The position numbers and the translations under genes were made by a program. A DNA stretch of 33,977 bases from Chrysochromulina tobinii (lineage: Eukaryota). The stretch lies in NCBI GenBank assembly GCA_001275005.1, contig JWZX01003083.1, forward strand, positions 1-33,977. Direction: 5' to 3'. Shown here piece by piece: positions 1-8,722 of this stretch (position 1 is the first letter of the stretch; the number at the start of each line of letters is the position of its first letter). The notes beneath the pieces are model-generated. The model was not told the DNA's origin and made no database searches. It was given only the letters and a program-made list of their open reading frames with translations.

Positions 1-235
1 TGCTTCCACCATGTACTGGTTCATTGTGCTGTTAGAATGAGTCCTATAGGAGGTGCACAAATTTACGCGCACATTTTCCAAAGGGTAGCCTAGCATCGGC
101 CGGGAACGGCCGCCCCAAAGGGCTTATTTATAGGGCTCCTTATCCAAACCCAGCGTGGATCGCCTAGCCGCGGTGCGTTGTGGTCGTCGTCCGAGTATCG
201 TCCGAGAGGAGCCTGAGAGGTCTCTGAAAGTGTCT

Positions 236-1066
236 TCAAACGCCAATGCAATCATCGTCGTCGTCGTTGCTGTCATCGTTGCTGCGAACGCGGTGGCTCT
301 TGGCGGCGCAGCCATCCGCCGTCTCGAGCTCCATCTCGTGCTCAACCGTCTCGTCAACCGTCTCGTCAACCGTCTCGTCAAGTACTGTTTCGATCGACGC
401 TTCCGGCGCTTCCGGCGCTTCCCGCGCTTGCTCCGGCCCAACCCTGGGTGACTCGCCGCTCTCCATCAAATCGACTGACGTCAGCCTGAGCCCGCTGCGC
501 CTGCGCGTAGTGATCCGGTAGATCCTCCATTCCTTTGCAAGGCAGCGCAAGACTTCAATCACACCAAATGAGAGCAAGATAATGACGCACATCAGGAGCG
601 ACGTGCGCGTTGCGACGTACAGGATCGAATTGTCTTCCACCGCACTGCGCCTGGCGTCCGACGTGGCAACAAACTCGGAGATCGAAGACGTGCTGCCCCC
701 GTCGTACTTGATGCCAAGCTCCCCCACGGCCTGTGCCTCCAAGGACCAGCCTTGCGCGTTCAGATTGACCATGGGCGCCGTCGGCGGATTCGGCGGCGGC
801 GAGGGTGGTGGTGGCGGCGGCGATGGCGGCGCCAACCACGAGCACATGGTCGTGTATACGGGGCACATGCCCTCGAGAGGTACTTCAGAGCACAGCCCCA
901 CGCCCAGATTGACGCTCGATGTGCACAGCGGTGCCTGCACTGCGCGTGCCTGCTCCAGGTTCAAGCTCGGCCCAAGGCCCATGTGGTCCGAAGCAACGAG
1001 CACGCTGCAATACGTGCAGTCTTCGAGCATTGAGTACAGCGAGCGCATCTTGTCGAGCGTTCGCAT
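236..1066 (-). CDS. Hypothetical protein with poly-Pro linker, one predicted C-terminal TM helix and DETV repeats; true start uncertain
   Basis: ORF 236..1084 opens on TTG; first in-frame ATG at 1066. Hydrophobic stretch LLMCVIILLSFGVIEVL followed by basic residues. No recognised domain. Confidence 0.5.
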   Translation of the reverse strand: MRTLDKMRSLYSMLEDCTYCSVLVASDHMGLGPSLNLEQARAVQAPLCTSSVNLGVGLCSEVPLEGMCPVYTTMCSWLAPPSPPPPPPSPPPNPPTAPMVNLNAQGWSLEAQAVGELGIKYDGGSTSSISEFVATSDARRSAVEDNSILYVATRTSLLMCVIILLSFGVIEVLRCLAKEWRIYRITTRRRSGLRLTSVDLMESGESPRVGPEQAREAPEAPEASIETVLDETVDETVDETVEHEMELETADGCAAKSHRVRSNDDSNDDDDDCIGV

Positions 1067-1307
1067 TGCTAAAAGTGCATGCAAATCAACAAAAACGTTG
1101 AATATTTTTTACGTGAAGTTGACATGTATGAATACTGTGGTACTGGCGGAGGCGACTTGAAACGTGAGGGTCGAGACTCGCGATTCGGCCCGAAACGGAT
1201 TAAAAACTTGGCTTCGCGAGTTCGCTCGGGTCGCCACTGATCGACGTTCGCGCACCGACGAGAGCAGAGCGCGAAAGAGAGAGCAGAATTCGATTGGGAT
1301 CCTTGGA

Positions 1308-2435
1308 ATGACGGTTGGCGAGTCCTTCCTTGAGTCCCCCGCTCGCCCGACGTCCGTCCTTTCTTCTCCCGCCCCGCTGGGCATAGAGCTGTTCGACCCG
1401 TCTTCACCGTCGTCGCCTTCGCGCTCGCCACGCACGCCTTCTATTGAGTCTGCCCACCATCACCACGACGAGGTGAACTTCGGGAATTACCGGCATGCCT
1501 TGAAGATCAGCGAAGATGCAAGGACCGCAGACAGGCGCGCCTGGCTCAAGGGCGCGCGCACATTTCGCGAGGAGCTCATCACGCGAGAGACGATGAAGCA
1601 GGCGGACATCGACAAGAAGATAGCGATCATCATCAAGAACCGGCCTGAGCCACCGGGCACGCCAAGTTCGCCGCGCGCGCGCCATGGGCCGCGCGACGCC
1701 AAGGCTGTACGCACGCCCGATATCGATTTCTCGTCCGATGTCATGAAGAACTTGACCATCCAGCGCGCGGAGCAGGCGCGGCAGGGCGCCGAGATACTCG
1801 GAGGATGGACGGCCACGGTTGGCAAACTCAAAGCGACGGAGGTGTTCGCGTCCGAGGAGCGCACGGCCAAGGTGCAGGACGCGCTTGCACAGGCGCACAA
1901 CCTCACCTCGCGCCACCACAAGTTTCAGACGCGCAAGGCGCAGTTGCAAGAGCTCGAGCGGTCAGCGAATCTCGTGCAGATGAGAAGGCACGCGAGCGAG
2001 ACGCGGCAGCGGTCTGAGCTCATGGCGCGCATGAAGGCGAATCGCGAGCGCGCGGCCGACCTGCGCGTACACGCGTGGCGCGTGACGATTGCGAGTGGCA
2101 CGGATCGCACGATCCATAATCAGGTGCTCCTGATTGCCTCTGATGACCTCCGATGGGATCCCTCATCAGGTGCTCCATCCATATGAAGCTGATTGCCTCT
2201 GATGACGATCCATAATCAAGTGCCTCTGATGACGATCCATAATCAATTGCCTCTGATGACGATCCAATTGCCCCTGATGACGATCCATAATCAGGTGCTC
2301 CATTCGCCGCGCAAGGGCGTCGGCTTGCCAGAAAGCCCCTGGCCCGTGTACAACCATGTGCCCTCGCCTCGGAGACCCGCCAGCGCGCTGCCCATTCCTT
2401 TGTCGCCTCGGACGCCCGTCACTGAGAGGCATTGA
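1308..2435 (+). CDS. Hypothetical helical/coiled-coil protein, join(1308..2123,2295..2435)
   Basis: ATG at 1308 within ORF 1164..2186. Removing GT..AG intron 2124-2294 joins RTIHNQ to VLHSPRKG...TERH* of ORF 2193..2435. Confidence 0.65.
2124..2294 (+). mobile_element. Introner-like repeat intron (171 bp), CTGAT..ATCAG family
   Basis: CAG|GTGCTCC ... CAG|GTGCTCC. 22-bp direct repeat ACGATCCATAATCAGGTGCTCC at 2109-2130 and 2280-2301. Contains CTGATTGCCT units and CCCTCATCAG at 2160-2169. Confidence 0.75.
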
Positions 2436-2649
2436 AACACCTGAGAACGATGTACGGTGTTTGGTGGCGCTGTGGCGCTCTCTGAGAGCGCGGGCGCGCT
2501 GGTGGGCCGATGCCAATGACGCGAAAATGTTGCACTTACGGCCTCACAATAAGGTTCTCAGCAGTTGTTCACACTCACCTCGGCCATTTAATGGGTTTTT
2601 GGAAAGCTTAGCTGCGAAAGCCTTCTGTCCACGCCGCCACGGAGCAGCG

Positions 2650-3610
2650 ATGGTGAGGACCTCGCCTGGCCTGTTGCCGCTTGCTGCTGCTAGCCGACCC
2701 CCGGCGCCTGTTCATTTGCGGCCTGAGCGCGCAAGAGCGTCTGCACGCGCTGCTACCCGCCGTGACTATAGTCTGCAAGCTGCTGTTGATGGCGCACGTC
2801 TCGCTGACTTGTCGCTGTTCTTTGCTCTCGCAGGGTCGTGTCATCCGTGGTCAGCGTAAGGGTCGCGGCTCCGTCTTCGTGTCGCACACCAAGCACCGTA
2901 AGGGTGCGTGCGGCCTCAAGGCGATTGACTTCGCTGAGCGCCATGGCTACATCCGTGGTGTGGTCAAGGATATCATTCATGATCCGGGTCGTGGCGCGCC
3001 GATCGCAAAGATCCAGTTCAACGACCGCTATCGCTTCAAGAAGGTGAATGTGCAGTGGACCGCGACTGAGGGCATGTACACCGGCCAGTTTATCTACATG
3101 GGCAAGCGTGCGCAGCTGGTTCCGGGCAACGTGATGCCTCTGGCCTCGATGCCGCCAGGAACGGTGATCAACAACGTGGAGAAGCACGCCGGCGACAAGG
3201 GCAAGTATGCCAAGACTTCGGGTGGCTTCGCGCAGATCATCGGCCATATTGATGGCGCCGGCATGACGCGCCTGCGCTTGCCGTCGGGTCAGAAGAAGAC
3301 CGTTACCTCGATGGCGCGTGCGACTGTCGGCATTGTTGCCGGAGGCGGCCGTATCGACAAGCCTCTCTTGAAGGCCGGCCGCGCCTTCCACAAGTTCCGG
3401 GTCAAGCGCAACTCGTGGCCCCGCACCCGTGGTGTTGCCATGAACCCCTGCGAGCACCCGCACGGTGGTGGTAACCACCAGCACATCGGCCACCCCTCTA
3501 CCGTACGCCGCGACAGCGTGCCCGGCCAGAAGGTCGGTCTCATTGCGGCGCGTCGCACTGGCATTCTGCGTGGCAGCAAGGATGTCGTCGAGGAGAAGGG
3601 TGGAAAGTGA
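2650..3610 (+). CDS. RPL8: 60S ribosomal protein L8 (uL2), join(2650..2652,2834..3610)
   Basis: ATG|GTGAGG donor at 2653, GCTGAC branch-like site, polypyrimidine tract and CAG at 2831-2833 give [11 protein letters not shown]. Hallmarks [35 protein letters not shown]. Confidence 0.97.
2653..2833 (+). other. Conventional GT-AG intron directly after the RPL8 start codon
   Basis: GTGAGG donor, GCTGAC, TTCTTTGCTCTCGCAG acceptor; restores the conserved N-terminus. Confidence 0.93.
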
Positions 3611-4458
3611 TAAGACGGCGTGATAAGGCAACGAGGCGTGTGAATATCTGATGTCGCGAGCCGTGCCGTGCCAGAGGGCCGGGCGGGCCGATGCGTGGGT
3701 GCCGGGGTGTCTCGCGGAGCGAAATCGCACACGGCGCAGATCGACAAGCATCAGAGTGATGTCTGCACGCTTCTGCACGCGTCCCTGTCCCTTTCGTACG
3801 TGAGTATCTCAACTCCATGTGATTTTCTCTATTACTTGCAATTTAGAACGTACTTTTCAGAGGCGCTGCTCCCTGCGCGCGACTCCTGCGCGACTCTCGA
3901 CTCGGCCGGCCGCCGCGGGGCGGCGGGGCGGCCGAGGCGCCGAGCCCCGGCGGGCGTGGCGTTGGGAGTCGAGACGACGAACGCCGTTGGAACTAAATTG
4001 GACGAACGCGTACGTTGCCAACAGTGACCGTCGCGGGACCGCGGGGGCGAGCACACACCACAGGGCGGCACGGCGCGCCAGACGGTGAGCCAGACGGTAG
4101 CGGGGGCGCGCGAACGCGCGGCGAGCGCCGAGGACGGGCCGCGCGGCGATTGCGACCACGTACAAACGAGCAGGCAGGACGCAGGAGCGAGGACCAGTGA
4201 AGGACCAGTGAACCGAACGCGTAAACCCAACCGCAAACAAACACCCAAAGCGGGGACAGAGCGACTCGGTCCGCGCCCTCCCGCGCTCCGACTGCCTGGT
4301 CTGCCGTGCAGGTATGCCACTGACAAACTGAGGATCGAGGACCGTGGTGGGTGACAGGTGTGCGTCAGTGCGACGCCCGCGGAGTCGTACCTCGTTGGCC
4401 ACGTGGTCGTGCGGCCCAACAGGGGCCATGGTGCGGGCGCGAGAAATCCATGGCCCCT

Positions 4459-4524
4459 GCCGAGGCCCATGGCCTTGGGGCCCCGCCGAGGAGCCCTGGG
4501 CGCCGAGGCCCATGGCCTTGGGGC
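4459..4524. repeat. 23-bp direct repeat in a CCATGG-rich, GC-rich intergenic tract
   Basis: GCCGAGGCCCATGGCCTTGGGGC at 4459-4481 and 4502-4524. Confidence 0.85.
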
Positions 4525-4667
4525 TACGTCGTAAGTCGAGGGCACCCGGGATCACCCGAGCCCCGGGGCGCACCTGGGCACGGCACGCACGGCGCACCCC
4601 ACACAATCGGCATGCTCGCGCGGCCGCCGCCCCTCCCCCCGGGCAATGGGACGAAACTGCCACATGA

Positions 4668-7101
4668 CTACAACCCGTCCTCCAGCAGCGCGGCTGCAAG
4701 CCGTAAGCGTCTATCCTGGACCAATGCGCTGGGCTCCTCAGTTCCTCGGGGGCGTTTGCCATACTTGGGGGCGTTGGCCATCTTCGGTCCAAGCTTCACA
4801 TCATCAGCACGCGCGGTGACCGGCTCTGTCGTCGTCCTCGAACTGAATGCTTCCATATTTGGGAGCTGCTGCTGCTGCCCCTCCGACGCGCCGTCCCAAG
4901 CGCCTTCCTGCCCGCGAGTCTGCCTGTGGGCAAAGTAGGCATCCTCCACTTCCTCCATCGGTGCGCTCAACGGCAGCCGACCCTCGCGTTCCTCACTGAG
5001 CGCCCATCGCACTCCGACGAGCGCGCGCTCGTACCTGATGAGGGAGGCAATCAGCATGCACTCAGCATGCACTCGGCATGCACTCGGCATACACTCGGCA
5101 TGCACTCGGCATGCACTCGGCATGCAATCACCTGATCCGAGCGAGCGTGGGCCGTTGGGCAGGCAATCAGGCAAACGGGCAGGCGACTAGAATGCAATCA
5201 GCGTACTCGGCAGAGAGACGAGCGAGCGCGGGCCGTTGGGCAGGCAACTCAAGTGGACGATACGCCTTTGCCGCCTTGGCCATCGACGCCTTAAAGTGGT
5301 GCACCTCAGAGTCCTTTAGGAGGGTGTAGCTCGTGCCCGCCTTGCCCGCGCGCGCGGTGCGACCGACACGGTGGACGTACCCCTTGATGTTGGCGGGCGG
5401 GTCGTAGTTGATCACGACACTCACACCCTCGACATCCATACCGCGCGCCATCGCATCCGATGCAATGAGCACGCGCGTCTGCCCTGACTTGAGCCGCTCG
5501 AGCGCGAGGGTGCGCTGCTTCGGAGGCACCGACGAGGAGAATTCGGTCGCGGCGATCCCGAGCATATGAAGCAGTCGTGTGAGACGATGCGTACTCTCCA
5601 AGGAGGAGCAAAAGACGATCACGCGGCCAGACTTGAGGGAGCGGCGTCGAAGACCGCCTCCTCCTTTTCCCACTGCCGCGAGGGCGGCGTCTGCCTCGGC
5701 GTCCTCGGCTTCGTCGTTCAAGCGTACATCTTCGGTCACCTCCGCGGCGCTGTCGTCGTCGTCGTCCTTGTCGTCGTCGTCTCCATCCTCGCCGCCTTCC
5801 ATCACCTCACCCTCTGCTCGTCCGCCCTCCGCCACGTCCTCGGCTTCAGCCTCTTGCGCCTCCGCCTCCAGCAGCCCACGCAGCAGCAGCAACAGCAGCC
5901 TGGGCTTCTCTTGGGCACCGCACGTCAGCATCCACTCCTTGAGCGTGGCGGGCGTCGCGTACCGTGCGCCCGCGACACAAAAGTAGCGTGGATTCACGAG
6001 CTGCAGCGGCGCGAGCTTGGCGGGAGAGCGCGTGAGGGTCGCGGAGAAGAGCAGCTTGAGTAACGGCGCATCCGCCCCCGTGAGCGCCAGCGGCGCGCCG
6101 CGGCTGCGTGCGGCGGCCGAGCCAAGGCGCGCACGCACGGTCTCCGCGGCGAGTGCGGCTGGGGCAGCGAGTGCCGACCGTCCTAATATGGGTGCGGCAT
6201 GGGATGGCCTAATATGGGCGGCGTCGAGGACGCTCCGCAACCAGCCTTGGTAGCCTTGCGACAGCAGCCTATCAGCCTCGTCGACGACTAAGAAGCGCAG
6301 GTGCTGCAGCGTGAAGGGAGCGCCGCTCTGCAGGTGCTCGACCAGTCGGCCGGGCGTCGCTATCACGATGTCCACCGCTGATGTGCCCTCGCCCGCCACC
6401 AAGTCGGCTTCATGGTAGCTACCGGTACTGCTTCCTCCGCTGACTCGCACGAGGCTGGCACGCTCGCGCTCCCACGAGACGCCCTCCTGACCGGCGGCGA
6501 GGCCACAGCGCAGAGGCGTGCCTTCGCAAAGCGTGCAGAACACTCCGTGCACCTGTGCCGCCAGGCCGCGCGTAGGCAGGAGCACGAGCGCGCGCAGCCG
6601 TGTCACGACCCGTGGCAGCAGCGCCTGCACAATTGGCAGCGCGTAGGCGAGAGTCTTACCCGAGCCCGTGGGCGCGCACACGCACACGTCGGCGGCCCGG
6701 CGCGCCGCATGCGCCGCGAGCACGACCGGCACGACCGCCGCCTGCACCGGGAAGCATTGATGCACGCCAAGCCGACCGAGCGCGGCGACAAGCCGCTCGT
6801 CCAGGCCGAGCATAGCCGTACTCGGCGTGCGCGCCTCGATGATACTTGCATGCGCGCGGTGCATCCAAGGCGGCAGCGAGGTTTCGTCCTCCACGCCAGC
6901 CTCCGGCTCGCCCTCTGGCATCAAAGGGTCTGCCGCCTCTTGGCCCTCGTCGTGCTCGGCATCTCCGGGCCCGCTCGCCTCCTCCTCCTCCTCCTTCTCG
7001 TCGTCGGGCAAAAGCCGGGAGTCGGCGCCCTCATCAAAGCCCATGAGCGAATCGCCGACGGTAGGCAAGCCTGCGAAGGCGTCATCCAGGTCGACTTCCA
7101 T
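4668..7101 (-). CDS. DDX51: DEAD-box RNA helicase, DDX51/DBP6-like, complement(join(4668..5034,5207..7101))
   Basis: Q motif FPVQ, APTGSGKT, LPTRGLA, TPGRL, DEAD, SAT, ARGMD, HRVGRTARAG. ATG at 7101. Splicing 5035-5206 gives SAEYERALVGV in frame with ORF 4668..5174. Confidence 0.88.
5035..5206 (-). mobile_element. Introner-like repeat intron (172 bp) in DDX51
   Basis: Minus strand GA|GTACG CTGATTGC ... CTGATTGCCTCCCTCATCAG|GTACG, a 5-bp duplication GTACG. Seven 11-bp units at 5054-5130. 29-bp exon copy at 5138-5166. Confidence 0.85.
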
Positions 7102-7264
7102 TTTCGCACGTTTCCTATGCCGGTCGCGTCGCCTTCGTAGTTCCGCGTTGTGAACAGTTTCTTTAGCCGGGAAAGTGGGGGATGGCGAGCCCGCACTCAA
7201 GAATTGCATCTGTCGACTCCCACATTCCTAACATCAGAGTTCCGGCACACCCGTCAGCGGGTTT

Positions 7265-7284
7265 CGTGATTCGCACGAATCACG
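7265..7284. promoter_or_regulatory. Palindrome in the DDX51/ATG8 divergent intergenic region
   Basis: CGTGATTCG-CA-CGAATCACG with perfect 9-bp arms; regulatory role is inferred from position only. Confidence 0.35.
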
Positions 7285-7394
7285 CACGAAGCAATAGCGG
7301 GACGACTGCCGTGGACGGATCGCTTTCTTGCTTTCGTGGCGTCTAGGCGTCCCACTCGGTTTCGGCACCACAGGTCCCGGTAGCCGTCGTACCG

Positions 7395-7895
7395 ATGCGA
7401 AAGACCGAGTTCGCCTACAAGCAGGACCATCCCTTCGAGAAGCGCGTAGCAGAGGCCGCACGCATCCGAGAGAAGTACCCCGACCGTATTCCCGTCATCT
7501 GCGAAAAGGACGTGGGCTCCGACATTCCTGCGGTCGACAAGCGCAAGTACCTGATCCCGATGGACCTGACAGTCGGCCAGTTTGTGTACGTGATCCGCAA
7601 GCGCATCTCGATTCCGTCCGACAAGGCCATCTTCATCTTTGTCAACAACTCGCTTCCGCCAACTGCCGCACTCATGAGCACGGTCTACGAGCAGCACAAG
7701 GATCAGGACGGCTTCATGTGCGCCTCCAGCGATCGAATGCACGCGCTTGCGAGCCCCTACGCGCTTACGCACACCCGCTTCCCATCGCTTCCCAACTCAC
7801 GAGCACACGCCACCCACACGCGCAGGTACATGATGTACTCTGGGGAGAACACGTTTGGGTCGGCAACCGAGTTGCTGGAAGAGGGCTCACCGTGA
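7395..7895 (+). CDS. ATG8: Autophagy-related protein 8 (GABARAP/LC3 family), join(7395..7717,7826..7895)
   Basis: [36 protein letters not shown]. Removing intron 7718-7825 gives [15 protein letters not shown] plus the short tail [11 protein letters not shown] after the conserved Gly. Confidence 0.96.
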   Translation: MRKTEFAYKQDHPFEKRVAEAARIREKYPDRIPVICEKDVGSDIPAVDKRKYLIPMDLTVGQFVYVIRKRISIPSDKAIFIFVNNSLPPTAALMSTVYEQHKDQDGFMCASSDRMHALASPYALTHTRFPSLPNSRAHATHTRRYMMYSGENTFGSATELLEEGSP

Positions 7896-8722
7896 AAGCG
7901 CGGCTGTGCCACGTGGGACGATCTCCTCATGACGACGTGGCGCCCCTTCTACGTTCACGCGAGCATGTTTCTCTCGTCGCGAGTCTCATGGCGGTTTGGG
8001 CGCAAATGGCTGGCCAACCGCCCCCCGCGGCGACGGGTCGTAACTGATTAACGAGTATGAAGCTGTCCCTCATGTGATGAGCGCGTTCCTTCTCACTGTT
8101 GTCCCCCCCAAACGCGGGGTAGGGCAGGCCACGTTCCGAGCACACCCGCCGGCCCCCGTGGCCCGTGGCGGGGCGCGCGCTTCGTCGTGAGCGGGCCTCG
8201 TGGACCCGTTGGAGCGGGTGCGTTGCGGTCGAAGGCGATCCACCCTGTTCATCGAGCCACGAGCGGCGATTAGAAATCGTGTAGTGGTTAGTGGAAGTGG
8301 TTAATCGCCATCGCGCCGGAGCCGTTGTCTCGTCTGTATGAATAACGATGCGCGATCGTGTAGACCGTACCGCGCGAGAGGCGTGTTCGGTGCTGGACGA
8401 TTTCAGTTACCGCGCCGGAGCTTCGCTTGAAGGCGGTGGTCTATCCGATTTAATCGGTCCGATATCGATCGCCCCCGCCCCCCCCCCTCCACCCCGCACA
8501 TCTCTGACGCCCGCGTCCGTACACACTTCGGGACACATCTTCATCTAGGATTGTGCGTGTATACTGTCTGACATACGATTATCTAACCCGTTTCCGTCAA
8601 TCACAGCGCCGAGAGTGCTGCGGGCGGGTGTCACCGCCCCGACGCGCGGCCCAAGGCCGGCGGGTAATGTAATGCCGAACCGGATACGTGTGGGCACAAG
8701 CATCAAACCATCAATCAGAGTC

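Noticed and set aside
340..425. 12-bp and 9-bp tandem repeats
   Set aside because: Ordinary coding low-complexity repeats (DETV, EAP).
2194..2294. CRISPR-like repeat array
   Set aside because: No unique spacers, no cas genes, and the context is a eukaryotic intron.
3992..4465. U6 snRNA-like fragments (ACTAAATTGGACGA at 3992; GAGAAATCCATGGCCCCTGC at 4441)
   Set aside because: The matches need indels in nearly invariant U6 positions, there is no intact ACAGAGAAGATTAGC, the pieces are 450 bp apart without usable splice sites, and CATGGCCCCT recurs at 32430.
5030..5054. CTGATGA as a hammerhead ribozyme core or C/D snoRNA box in the intron family
   Set aside because: No GAAA core or flanking stems are present; the motif is explained as the reverse complement of the TCATCAG acceptor.
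8263..8310. tRNA-like GTGTAGTGGTTAG with a small hairpin
   Set aside because: No T-loop GTTCRA and no cloverleaf.
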